From contig LSRY02000019.1 in assembly GCA_001643675.2 (NCBI GenBank), positions 1 to 64,000 of the forward strand: a stretch of DNA of 64,000 nucleotides, read 5' to 3'. The position numbers were made by a program, and so were the translations under genes. This document shows positions 1 to 13,546 of the stretch, piece by piece. Numbering within the stretch: position 1 is the stretch's first letter; every line of letters begins with the position of its first letter. Below the pieces are notes generated by a model. That model did no database searches. It was not told the origin of the DNA and saw nothing but the letters and a program-made list of their open reading frames with translations. Origin of the DNA: Monocercomonoides exilis PA203 (Eukaryota > Protista > Preaxostyla).

Positions 1-510
1 ATCTCATTCATCAACAGTTGCAACGTCTGTCAGTGATGATGACAGAGACTCACTACCCTCGTCTGCCTTTGAGGATGAAGATGACTTCAGAAAAGAGTGC
101 CTGAGGTGGAAGGCGCCCGAGCTGCTGATCAACAAGAAGATGGGTGCAACAAAGGAGTCGGTGGCATTCTCGATCGGGATGATGCTGTGGGAGTGCCTGA
201 CGCTCCAGATCCCATTTGGTGAGTATGAGGCAGAAATCGCTGGAGAAAAATCAAAAATGGAGAGAGGCCGCCCATGCAGCCCATCGGCTCGTCTGCCTTC
301 TCTGAGCTCGTCAATGCCTGCCTGTCGGTGAACCCCGCCGACAGACAGACCCTCACCAGTCTCAAGCGCCTGCTCATCCAGCACTTCCCGCCTGGCGCTG
401 CCATCCTCACCCTCTCCGATGCAGTCGACTACACCTGCTGCTCCGACAGACAGCAGCAACTCTCTGGCTCAGCCTCGTGCAGCTCCATCTCGGCCACTTT
501 CATCTCGTAG
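1..510 (+). pseudogene. Mirror copy of the 3' end (pseudokinase C-lobe) of the receptor gene, truncated by the window start
   Basis: Reverse complement of 4539-5047. Encodes RWKAPELL...SIGMMLWECLTLQIPF and ...SATFIS*, with the same A5 frameshift at 246-250. Confidence 0.85.
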
Positions 511-3500
511 AACAGTGTTTTCCTCCTTCCTGCCCGATATCTTGCTCATCGGCGTGCAGGATTCGCTTCAACAAGGTGGATTAGTATTGTCGAATTCGGT
601 ACAACAAATGGTGAACTGAAATGAAACACCCAATTTGTTCCTTCCAAATACCATTTATGATTTTTGTGATTTTTTTTTTTCTTTTTGTTTGTGTTGATGT
701 TGTTGCACAAAATGCATCAGTATTTGTGCATCTTTTTCTGTTTATTTGCTTCTATCCCCGCCGTTTTTGTTTTTGTGACACTTCACCTTTGCCATTTTCT
801 GCTCTTCCCCATGATGTTCGTCTTCTTTTGTGTTTGTCTTGTTTTTTGTGTTTTCGAATCCAAAAATGAAGTGATTGTTGAAAGCAGATAAACTCAATTC
901 TTTGAACTTAAAAATGTCACAAACCAGCAGCCACACAGAGCAGCCCTCTTTGTCACAGTTCCAGAGAGAAGAGGAAGAGACAAAACAAAATAATCTCAAT
1001 TCCCCAGACTCATTCCCATTTGCTTTCCAAACAATTCTGAGCCAAAGGAAGAGCTGGATGTGGCTGCTTCTGTGGAACTGATGGAATTGGCTGGTGGGCT
1101 GATGCTTGTGCCTCATTGCCACTGGGCAGAAAATGTGCGAGTTGTTGAAGGCGAGAAAGCACAATGGAAGAAGACTCAAATTCCTTCTCATCTCAAATGT
1201 CCAAGGCAGTTAAATTGGCTCTTTCTCATCGCTGTGAGCCAGAATCTGTCGCATCCCAGCGGTTTGAGACTCGCCCCTCGGCAGTGCTCATTCACGATGC
1301 TTCCTCAAAGTGGCACATTTCCTCCAGCTTTGCCAAACAACAAACATAAACCTTCACACCAGCAAACGAAACACATACTTTGTCAAATGGCTCGTCTAGC
1401 TTGGCCTCAACAAGAAATCTTGTTTTTGCATTTTCAAAGCAAGCTGCCCCTGACATTTGCTTTCAAAAATACAATAATAAGGATATTGGAGTTATATATT
1501 GGGGAAAAAATACTTTTCCCGTTTAGTTTATCTTTTTGCAAGAAACCAAAATTTCTGTTTGCTCAATAATGCATGTTTCGATATTCGAAATCCAACATGT
1601 GATTTCTTGAATCTTTGACAGCTTGCCAGATCTGCAATTCGTCTGAAAAGAATTATGAAATATTGCTTCAGCATTCAATCCAGAAACCTCACCCACGCAG
1701 GCAATCCGAACACTTCTGTCGCACCCAAAAATTCAGAAAATGATATTTGACAGATTCAAACTGTCATAAGCACATTTGTCCAAAATATAAAATATCAAAA
1801 ATCCAATGAAATGATGATGCATACGCTATGGAAGAAACTTTGTTGCTTCTGATTGCTGAATGCAGCCGCAAAGTGCAGATGAAAATGATTGCAAGTGAAA
1901 GCTCAACGAGGGTTCGTTTTCATCGCAGATGCCAAGAAGAAACAGCAAATTGCAGAAATAATATCTGCGGAGTATGGCCAAATTTTTATTTTTTTAAATT
2001 TTGTATAATTTTATTTTCAGTTAATTCAGAATATCGCGCGATATTGAATTATATCATTGCACAACTTCAATAAAGACATGGGGTGGTTTTTATCCGAACA
2101 TTTTATTTTCATAGGCGTATCTCACAAAATAAAACCTAAAAATAGAAAAGGCATATTAAACCAGATTTATATTCCGATTTTATGTTCATACAAATTGTTT
2201 TTCTTGTCAATTTTGTTTTTGATGAAGATCTTGGGAATTTTTAATTTATTTTTGATCATTTGTTTTGTCCATTTTGGACTATATTTCTTTTTTGTTTATT
2301 TTTAACTACAAGGTCATGAAACATACTCTTTGAAGTTTTATTGTTCCAAATGTTATTTGTTTTTAACTATTTTTCATAAGTTTTCGCATTTCATTGTTTT
2401 TATCAAAAATGATGAATAAATGAATAATCTAAGCGATGAGATGTTTAAAAGATATTAAGATTTATTTTCTTATTCAATTTGAAAAATATAAAAACTCATT
2501 TTTGATTCAATTTAACATCACTTATAAGTTAAATCAAAAATGAGTTTTTATATTTTTCAAATTGAATAAGAAAATAAATCTTAATATCTTTTAAACATCT
2601 CATCGCTTAGATTATTCATTTATTCATCATTTTTGATAAAAACAATGAAATGCGAAAAACTTATGAAAAAATAGTTAAAAACAAATAACATTTGGAACAA
2701 TAAAACTTCAAAGAGTATGTTTCATGACCTTGTAGTTAAAAATAAACAAAAAAAGAAATATAGTCCAAAATGGACAAAACAAATGATCAAAAATAAATTA
2801 AAAATTCCCAAGATCTTCATCAAAAACAAAAATTGACAAGAAAAACAATTTGTATGAACATAAAATCGGAATATAAATCTGGTTTAATATGCCTTTTCTA
2901 TTTTTAGGTTTTATTTTGTGAGATACGCCTATGAAAAATAAAATGTTCGGATAAAAAAACCACCCCATGTCTTTATTGAAGTTGTGCAATGATATAATTC
3001 AATATCGCGCGATATTCTGAATTAACTGAAAATAAAATTATACAAAATTTAAAAAAATAAAAATTTGGCCATACTCCGCAGATATTATTTCTGCAATTTG
3101 CTGTTTCTTCTTGGCATCTGCGATGAAAACGAACCCTCGTTGAGCTTTCACTTGCAATCATTTTCATCTGCACTTTGCGGCTGCATTCAGCAATCAGAAG
3201 CAACAAAGTTTCTTCCATAGCGTATGCATCATCATTTCATTGGATTTTTGATATTTTATATTTTGGACAAATGTGCTTATGACAGTTTGAATCTGTCAAA
3301 TATCATTTTCTGAATTTTTGGGTGCGACAGAAGTGTTCGGATTGCCTGCGTGGGTGAGGTTTCTGGATTGAATGCTGAAGCAATATTTCATAATTCTTTT
3401 CAGACGAATTGCAGATCTGGCAAGCTGTCAAAGATTCAAGAAATCACATGTTGGATTTCGAATATCGAAACATGCATTATTGAGCAAACAGAAATTTTGG

Positions 3501-5047
3501 TTTCTTGCAAAAAGATAAACTAAACGGGAAAAGTATTTTTTCCCCCAATATATAACTCCAATATCCTTATTATTGTATTTTTGAAAGCAAATGTCAGGGG
3601 GCAGCTTGCTTTGAAAAATGCAAAAACAAGATTTCTTGTTGAGGCCAAGCTAGACGAGCCATTTGACAAAGTATGTGTTTCGTTTGCTGGTGTGAAGGTT
3701 TATGTTTGTTGTTTGGCAAAGCTGGAGGAAATGTGCCACTTTGAGGAAGCATCGTGAATGAGCACTGCCGAGGGGCGAGAGTCTCAAACCGCTGGGATGC
3801 GACAGATTCTGGCTCACAGCGATGAGAAAGAGCCAATTTAACTGCCTTGGACATTTGAGATGAGAAGGAATTTGAGTCTTCTTCCATTGTGCTTTCTCGC
3901 CTTCAACAACTCGCACATTTTCTGCCCAGTGGCAATGAGGCACAAGCATCAGCCCACCAGCCAATTCCATCAGTTCCACAGAAGCAGCCACATCCAGCTC
4001 TTCCTTTGGCTCAGAATTGTTTGGAAAGCAAATGGGAATGAGTCTGGGGAATTGAGATTATTTTGTTTTGTCTCTTCCTCTTTCTCTCTGGAACTGTGAC
4101 AAAGAGGGCTGCTCTGTGTGGCTGCTGGTTTGTGACATTTTTAAGTTCAAAGAATTGAGTTTATCTGCTTTCAACAATCACTTCATTTTTGGATTCGAAA
4201 AACACAAAAAACAAGACAAACACAAAAGAAGACGAACATCATGGGGAAGAGCAGAAAATGGCAAAGGTGAAGTGTCACAAAAACAAAAACGGCGGGGATA
4301 GAAGCAAATAAACAGAAAAAGATGCACAAATACTGATGCATTTTGTGCAACAACATCAACACAAACAAAAAGAAAAAAATCACAAAAATCATAAATGGTA
4401 TTTGGAAGGAACAAATTGGGTGTTTCATTTCAGTTCACCATTTGTTGTACCGAATTCGACAATACTAATCCACCTTGTTGAAGCGAATCCTGCACGCCGA
4501 TGAGCAAGATATCGGGCAGGAAGGAGGAAAACACTGTTCTACGAGATGAAAGTGGCCGAGATGGAGCTGCACGAGGCTGAGCCAGAGAGTTGCTGCTGTC
4601 TGTCGGAGCAGCAGGTGTAGTCGACTGCATCGGAGAGGGTGAGGATGGCAGCGCCAGGCGGGAAGTGCTGGATGAGCAGGCGCTTGAGACTGGTGAGGGT
4701 CTGTCTGTCGGCGGGGTTCACCGACAGGCAGGCATTGACGAGCTCAGAGAAGGCAGACGAGCCGATGGGCTGCATGGGCGGCCTCTCTCCATTTTTGATT
4801 TTTCTCCAGCGATTTCTGCCTCATACTCACCAAATGGGATCTGGAGCGTCAGGCACTCCCACAGCATCATCCCGATCGAGAATGCCACCGACTCCTTTGT
4901 TGCACCCATCTTCTTGTTGATCAGCAGCTCGGGCGCCTTCCACCTCAGGCACTCTTTTCTGAAGTCATCTTCATCCTCAAAGGCAGACGAGGGTAGTGAG
5001 TCTCTGTCATCATCACTGACAGACGTTGCAACTGTTGATGAAGAGAT
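1..5047. repeat. Long near-perfect palindrome (inverted duplication), arms ~1-2516 and ~2528-5047, centre ~2517-2527
   Basis: The ORF track is mirrored (1828..2073+ = 2973..3218-; 274..510+ = 4539..4775-). The centre reads aaaactcatttttgattcaatttaac-atcacttataa-gttaaatcaaaaatgagtttt. The differences I noticed between arms are small indels, mostly in homopolymers. Confidence 0.95.
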
Positions 5048-8000
5048 TGATGATGAATCTGAATCATCATCTGACAATAAGTCAGAATGCATCACAATGC
5101 AGATCACCATGTGCTCTGAGAACAACACAAGGTGGGGACTCAAGTTGGCCAAAGAGGAAAGCTCATTTTCCATTTCGTCAAATGAATGGAGAGCAAGGTT
5201 GGCCACCCAGAACAGGATCTGAGCAGCTGTTTGCTCCCTCTCCTTCAGAGTTCCTATTGCCATCTCCTTCGTCTTATTCCTCCCGTGCAACAGCATGAAC
5301 AGCGAATCCCTCAGATCCACAATCAGCTTCTCATGAGGCGAGGAGCAGGCCATTGCATCCACCAGATTCGACATTGATGAGGTGGTGGGGCACAGATCCT
5401 CCCCACGAACAAATGTTGAATCTGAGTCAGTTGTTGAAGTGGATGAAACAGATGGCGATGGTGTTCTCTTCCTTATCTCTTCTTCTTCAACCTTCTCCAG
5501 CATCCATTCAGGAATCTTATCTGAATCTCTCCCCAGGATGTATTCAGTCGATCCACTTTCACTCAATAAATGCTCTGATGACTCGGAGTGTCCCAAGCTT
5601 TTCTCAAACACCATCTTCTTTATCCTCTCTTCATTCTTCTTCTCAGCCTCCCTCTCAGCCCTTCTCCACTGATCCTCAGGCGACATCTCCATTGTCACCA
5701 TCTCAATCGCCTTCGGATCCTTTCTGATATTGTCTTCCACAATCACCTCCAATTCTTCTGTCCGTCTCTTTTGCTTTTTCCATCGAACAACAAACAAAAT
5801 AAATCCAACAAGAACAATCAACAAAATCACAACAAGCACGATAACGATTATTGGCCATATGGACATTTCCTTGTTTTCACCTTCAACAATCCTTTCATCT
5901 CCACCCTTTGCTTCACTTGCATTCTTCAGAATGAATGGATTTGTTGAGGAAGGAGATTCTGCGTTGCCAAACAAAATTGAAGCACTCACTTCGATTTCAT
6001 CTCCACAACTGCTGAGGAGATCTTTTGCCACGCTCCCTTCTGCTTCTCTTTCTGACAAGAATCCTTCCATATCAAAATCGTATTTTTCAATCTCCTTCTC
6101 ATCTCCCTTCCTCTTCGCAACAGAGAATGACAGATTGCATGGAACAAGAAGCATCCCTTTGAATGTCAGTTTCATTCTATTTGCCTCTTTTTTTGCTTCC
6201 ACGCTCTCCAGCACAGGAATGACGAATGATGAATCTCTTTCAGAAACAATCCCTTCAAAACTGCATCCATCATCCAACATCCAAAGTGATGTATTTCTCT
6301 CCAATCCATCTCCTCCCTTCAAACTCATCACATTCAATATTCCTGAATCAGAGCAGATGATGTTTCTTCTCAGCGAAGGATATCCTTCAATCGATGGATT
6401 GTTATTCAAAAACTCTCCTTTCTCAATTTTCACATTTCCTCCACTCGTTGTTATTCCACCCTCTGGTGAATTCAAGATTGTTGTATCTTTCAGCATCGCA
6501 GAACTCTTCGCAACATCAACAACAGATCCATTCCATCGGCATATTTCTTCTTCTCGATTCAAATAATTCTCGGTTCTTTCCTCTAAACTTCCTTCAAACA
6601 CACACGATTCCATCAATATCTTCTCTGCCGATGTTATCGCCACCTGGCTCCCCTTTTGTGACTCTGATGAGCACTTGCTGAGCGAGCAGTTGCACATCTC
6701 AAAACAGCCCATCGGGTGAGTTGTGCAGACAATACAAGACCCACTTGCCGATCGGCTGATATTTGAAAACGATGACAACACCAACGAAACAAACAGAGAA
6801 GAATGGCCGTTTTCAAATGAGATAAGACTTTCGTTTTGAAGAGTGATGTTTGTGCCTGTCAGCCTTGAAACACTCACTTTCTCGCTCTTTCCACATTCAA
6901 TCACCGAACTCTTGCATCGAACATCATCCACTCCCAGATCGTCAAATGATGCTCTTTCCGAACCCAATATGTTGAAAACAGGTTTTGTGAATCCCAAACT
7001 GTTAACGCTGCACGCATCTGCTTCAAATACCCCATCTTCAACAACAATCAGAGAAGCATCGAAAAGGAGCTGTGGATTCGCTGTTGTTCTGCTCTCTGAA
7101 TGAAACGAAACAGATTCGAGAATTAGAGATCCATTCAATTGGTGTATTAAACACGAGCAGACAACATTCTGCATTCCACCAAAAACAAATGAAACTTTCT
7201 CAAGTCGAACAGACTCTGAAGTTCTCACAACTCCCTCATCTGCCAAACTGATCTCGCTCACTTTGATTTCGGCATTCCTGCTTGCTTCCATCGACTTGAT
7301 GGTCACCCTTTGAGCAGAGCACGAGCCAGTCAATGTTGTTTCATTCCAGATCAATAACTGCGAATAATCTGATGGGATGATGTGGCTCACCCCAACATCC
7401 AGCGAGGAGCATGTGCTCTTCATCTCCCCACACTGCTTGCTGTCGCTGCTGTTCCCCACAACAGAAGACACAAATATGAACTCACTTCTGAACACAAACA
7501 CTCTTCGCAGCAAATCCTCCTCATCCCCATAATTGTCTGCTGTGCATCCCCATATTGCCAGCTCCTTCACAAACGGCTCCCCGAAGTTTATCAGGAACTG
7601 TGATTCACTTATCTGCGAGTCAAGGTCAGTGCACTTCACAAACACATCCCTCCCTTTCGAAGCAACATTCTCTCGCAATGTGATATTCGACAGCACAAAT
7701 GGCAATGCTTCCTGTGAGACACTCTGCGATTTCAAAAACATCCCTCCGCCCCTCCCAATGTTCGAGCAGAAACATTTTACCACATTCGTGTGGTTCATCT
7801 CCAGCTTCCCCCTCTCATTGAGGAGGAAGAACATTCCTCCTCCTTCATTCGAGCTTGCCGATCCACACCCATCAATTGTCGAATTCTCCATTTTCAATCT
7901 CACATCATTCGACACATCACAGCAAAGCAATGAAGGGTTGATTGTCGCACTGTGCTTCACATTCGCAAATATGCATTGCTCAAATAGAATATTCCATACT

Positions 8001-11000
8001 TCTTCTGCATCATTCTTTTCGCTTGAAGCAATCGTATTTTCACTCATCGCAACTGCACTTTTCCCGCTCAATGCAATATCTTCAAATGTCACATTGTTCA
8101 TTGCTATCGCACAATCTGTTGACACACTCATGATCTCACACATCGATGACAATCCTGCGATGTTTGTCTTTTCAATCTCAACAATTCCTTTCGAGGCACC
8201 GATCAGCACAAATGACACCTCGCCTTCGGCACTGCCATGTGTGCTGATTGAACAGCTCACAATGCTCGTTTTGATTGCATCTGAACCTGTCTGGATGAGA
8301 ATGCTTGCTCCGTTATCAAAAGCAGTCGGAATCACCATTCCCATTTCTTTGAATTGAACAGCCCCTTTGCACTCAACAATAGCATCTCCATCACCCTCAA
8401 TCGCTTTCACAAATTGGATTTTGTCTGTTTCGCCATTTGTTCCTTCCACCTTCATCCCACTCATCTCAATCACACTCCTTGCATCGCAAACCCCATGAAT
8501 TATCATGCGCTCGACTCCAGAACTGACTGTTCTCTTCAGCCCATAATCAACAGATCTGCACGGATATTCTTCCAACCCACACACCGCCACATTCTTTCCT
8601 TCCTCTGTAATAAACACGCTCGATCCAATCTCTTTCCAGAAATAGATCAGTGGGATTGCACACTCCCTATTTCCCCCATCATATCCCCTCATCGAGTCTT
8701 CTGTCAGCAACTCCAGTCTATCTTTCACAAATGGCAATGTTTCGTTCTTGATGCTCTTGATGAGCAATGGAGATGAAATGAATAAGTCTTTCCCAAACTT
8801 CGCATTATTCGGCTTGTCAGTCGAAAAAACAGGCGAGGATATCACAAACCCTGCCTTTCCTTCCTCTTCCTCTTGTTTCTGCATCTTCAGCATTATTCCT
8901 CCTCCATATCCAACTCCTTCCTCTTCATGTGGTGCTGTGCAGCAATAAAACTCACACCCGCTTATCAATAGGTTTGTGTTTGCAGATGCTTCATAAAAGA
9001 ATGCACCTCCTCCAATCTCATTTCCCTTATCTCCAGCAACAGCACACCCTTCAAATGTGCAGTCATCTATTTCCACTTTGTGCTCTCTTCCATCATCATC
9101 ATTCTCATTGTTCACAACACTTATGCATCCTCCACTTTCCTTCGAACGAGTAATCGATGAAAATGTGCATCCTGACATCTCATCGATATTTCCGTTATGG
9201 CACTCAACAACGCTCCCATCGCCAAATGTGATTTCAGCAAAATTGCTCTTCGTCATATTCATCGAAGGCACACTTTCTGCATTCCCTTCAACAACAAATA
9301 CCGATGAATCTCCAATTTTCATATTCTTTGTTGCAAACTCATTAATCTCCACTACCCCTCCAGCAGCCTTCACAAACACTGTCGAAATAGCCTCATCCCC
9401 TCCTTCCATCCCACATTTGGTCAGTGTGAGTTTCTCTGAATGGCACTCAAACACACTTTCATGATCTGTCAGCGATTTCTTCAAAGAAAAGATAATTCCT
9501 GTCACAAACACACTGACAGAGCTTTCAACCAATCCATTTTGTGCTCCTTCTTTCTGGTCAGAAACTTCACACTTCATTTCATTCTCTTTGGATGCAATGC
9601 TCCATTCGTTTGAGGTCAAATCCAATTCCTCATCAAATGAAAATGGCTCACAAATTGAGACATCCTTATTCTTCCCTTCAAAGTGGAGTGACACTGCCTT
9701 CAAAATAGTCGAACATGGAGATGATTCATATCCACACATCGAAAAATCATGGCCCAAAGATCCTCCCACAAACGCTGGAGCTGAAAAGTTGTTCCACAGA
9801 TACACCACCAGCGGGATGGCAAATGTTTCATTCAGCGTTGATCTCTCAAATCCATTCAATTTTGTGAAATCATTCAATTCAACTCCAAAGCTGATCGATT
9901 CTCTGTTAATCACACTCGAAAGATCATGTGCGTTGATGAAGATTTCTTTCCCCTCTCTGGCATCACATTCAGAAAATGAAACATCCCTCAAAACGAATGA
10001 CTGAGCTCCATCAGCCAAATGAAGATAAATCCCTCCTCCGTATCCGCACTCTCCATCTGCCGTTTGTGTTGCCTTGCAGCTCTCAAGTTGCAACAAATTA
10101 CTTTCATCATTTGAAGTTTTTGTTCTCAGAAGGGAAGAATCTGTGATGTTTCCCACAGTGAATGATGAACCTTCTCCAATCTCAACCCACAACCCTCCTC
10201 CATTTCCTCCATTGCTCTCACACCCGCACATTGTTCCTCCAACAATTTCAAGAGAACAATCTCTCCCAAGTGTGCATTCCACTGCTCCTCCATCTCCTCC
10301 ATCTCCTTTGAATCCACTCATTGTATTGTTCAACAATTTCACTGACTTGGCTGAACTTGCGGAAATCACTCTTATTGATCCTGATGGCAAATCTGCCTGT
10401 AAAGATGCTTTCACTGAAAGTGTTGAATCCTCTATTGTGATGGATGCTCCATCAGCAACTCCAAATAAGACACTCTGTGCATCAGAGTTAATATCCTCAA
10501 CACTCATGGAAGTGAATGTGCCAGCAACGCTTCTTCCGGCAAGGCTAATCAATGGATGATTCCCAATGGACAAAGACAACGTGGAAAACGATGAAACGGA
10601 CACCTCACCTGCTGACACGGACAAAAACACAAAAGACAACGCCGACTGGGAATTTTGCAAAGAAAGTGAGCAATCTTCAAGCGAAAAGAATTGTGAGGAA
10701 GAAAAGAAGAACACTTCGTGATTTTGGAGAGCAGAAGGAACAGAGAAAGTTAGTGAACTGATATTTGCATTTGCACTGACTGTTATCATGCTTTCTCCAC
10801 TTCCATCAGAATCGTCAATCACTTTCCATCCACTGTTTTCATCTTTCCCTCTGATTGTGTGTTTGAAGGAACCAAATGTCAGTTCATTTTTCACTTCAAT
10901 CATCCCATCAACAACAATCTTCTTTTCCTCTTCTTGCCTCGTCAAACAATGCCTCAGAGTCAGGCAGGGAAACTCAGCAAATCCACAAAGAGAATGGTTG

Positions 11001-11626
11001 AATGCATCAACACTGCTCACATAAATCTCATCTGGCAAAGGAATCAGATAAGCACCCAAAGGAATTGGTGTTGAGTCATCACCTTTATCGAATCCTCGAA
11101 TTTCATCCAGCAATGGATTCGAAGCTGTTAATGAAGTGATCTTCCCACTTCTTGCTGCTGATTCCAAATTGGGAGAATCAATGAAAATATCATTTCCCCA
11201 CTTGGCTCTGTTTCCTTCAAATGCTGATGAAATATGAAAGTTGGCATTTGTTTCTCTCACTTTCAGCCCAATTCCCCCTCCTCTGCCTTGTGTGGTTGAG
11301 GCATAACAGTTCTTCGCAATTCCTCCTTTCACATTCAATGAACCCCCGCTTCCCACTGCAACCATCATACCCCCTCCAAACTCAGAGTCTTCACTTCCAC
11401 AGCCATCAATGGTGCATTCTTCAAGGGTTATTGAATGTGACACTTCACCCACACTCATCAGCGATGATCCGGTTGTTGTTCTCACAATATTGCTGAATGT
11501 GCAGTTGCCCAGGGTCAATGTTGCAGACGATTCTTGAGGCACAGATATCAAACTTGTGGTGCTGAATGTTCTGCCCCACCTCACATCTTTCATCTTCAAC
11601 TCTCCCCCTTCCACCTTCACAAGTGA
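3050..11626. repeat. Segmental direct repeat, copy 1 (receptor gene 3' part plus ~1.5 kb downstream flank); copy 2 at ~55395->64000
   Basis: Colinear near-identity, e.g. 3594..3887- = 55936..56229- and 7533..8357+ ~ 59906..60730+. Similarity starts at aaataaaaa(t)ttggccata, ~3055 and ~55397. Confidence 0.92.
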
Positions 11627-13546
11627 TCTTTGAATACTCTTTTCTTCTGAATGAGCTGCATCCATTGATATGTCCATTCTCTTCACATCCATCAATCCAC
11701 TTCCCTCAACCTCAAACAACCTGCATTGTCTGTTGTTTTCAAATGAAGAATTGTGAATCACAGATAGATCGCTCACAACCAATTTCCCTGTTCCAACACA
11801 AAACAGACTCAAACTGTTTGCCTCAAACTTTGTTTCAATGGTTGAGCCAAGTGATGAAGCTCCATTCACAGAAATCGTTTTTTCTCCAATATCAACTCCT
11901 TTTCCTTCCACAACTTTCCCAGAAAGCACCTTGATTTCCTCCACAAACCCCACAATCATTTGGGAAAGGCAATGACTGATTGTGAGGCACGCACAGCTTT
12001 CATTCAATCCGCAGCTGAATGTGTCTTTTGCATTCTCTTGACTCTCCTTCGAACCAACAAATCTGCTTCTTCCTCCTTCATTCGGCAGCCATTCACTTTT
12101 GTCAATTCCTTTTGCGTTGTACCTAACTCCTTCAGATCGTGTTGAAAAACAAAAAACAATTTGGGAATCAGTGTAATTATCATCAACATGAATGTCATTG
12201 CCAAACGTTGCTGTGTTATTGTGGAAAAAGCAAAACCACAAAAGATTTCCATTATATCCATTTGTCAGAAAACTTATAGCTCCTCCTTTCCAATCTGAAT
12301 GGCATCCTTGAAAAAGGCAATTTCTCAAAACAATTTTATCGACAGTTATCCAATTATCGAATCCTCCTCCACTTGAACTTGTTGCATTACGCCCACAACA
12401 ATTAACAAACAAACAATCCAAAACACAATCTTTTGTTTTGTTTGCTTTTGAACTTAAAATATCAAGTCCTCCACCATCATTTCTTGACCATCCATCTTTG
12501 AACAAACAGTTTTCAATAAAAACTTGAATAGCCATTCCTTCTATTTCTGCCCCAGCACCACCATAATCATTTGACGAGACGCAATAACACTCAACAAATG
12601 TGGAATGCTTTACAGTGCATTCCGCAATTTTCAAAGCATATATCCCCCCTCCTCTAGTGGAAGTCGCATTGCATTTCACAAAAGACGAATTCTCAACAGT
12701 CAGCGTCGCATTTGAATTGTCATGCACATACAGCGCTCCTCCACAAGGCGCAGAGCATTCATTCCATTCAGCGTTCGTGAACTCAATTGTTTCTGTTGTT
12801 GTATTTCTTTCTGTATTCCTCACTTTCCGATTCACTCTTTCATTCTGAACAAATGTGCAATTGTTGCAGTTGAATGAACCAGATCCTTCTGTTCCGCTCG
12901 CTATCCCTCCCTCAAGCACATTCATCGATCTTTCAACTAGGCAATCTTCCATTTTGCTTCTCTTCATCATCCACTCTTTTCCAGTTTGTATCTCCTCTGT
13001 TTCAATAATTTTCATTGTGATATTCGCAAATCGACAGTTTTTGATCTCTTCAAAGCCTCCTGCACCCTCTCTCAGAATGCTGCCTCCACTCCCACAAAGC
13101 ACAACATCCTCAAACTCACTGTTTCTCACAAATAACATCGGCAAACCTCCTCTATCCATCTTCACCACACTCCCCATCATTCCACATTCCTCACCATTCC
13201 CAACACCCAAAGTTGTGTTTATCAGCCAGCATGTTCCTCCATTCCTCACAAAATGACCATTCCACTCGTTCTTTCTCACAAACACACTCCCCTCAACCAG
13301 CAGCAATGATCCTGCTTTCATTTCAATCATCACACAATTATCTATCTTTTCAAGCAATATCCCTTTCATTTCAACTGACGAGTTGTGTATTTTGCAGAAC
13401 ATCCGAACAACACTTCCCTTCCCCAAAAAACCACTCTTCTCCACACCAGGAACACAGAAAGCATCATATCCATTATTCCGTTTATCGCTTTTGTCTTTGT
13501 CGCAAACAGCCGAGAGCAAAGACACAAGAAAAGCAAAAAGAATCAT
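4539..13546 (-). CDS. Large type I membrane protein: signal peptide, Cys/Gly-rich right-handed beta-helix (pectin-lyase-like) repeat ectodomain, single TM helix, degenerate TKL-like pseudokinase; 1-nt frameshift at 4799-4803
   Basis: 2942-aa ORF starting MILFAFLVSLLSA. Repeated GGG(I/A)Y...F..C.A..G.DIF and CG....PC motifs. TM segment IWPIIVIVLVVILLIVLVGFILFVV followed by RWKK. Kinase C-lobe motifs RWKAPE, SIGMMLWE, IPF, CLSVNPADR. The paralogue at 56896 has T6 where this copy has T5, so the true C-terminus is ORF 4539..4775. Confidence 0.85.

Noticed and set aside
3001-3016. 16-bp perfect palindrome aatatcgcgcgatatt (mirrored at 2030-2045)
   Set aside because: Short, isolated and absent from the 55-kb copy; no evidence of function.
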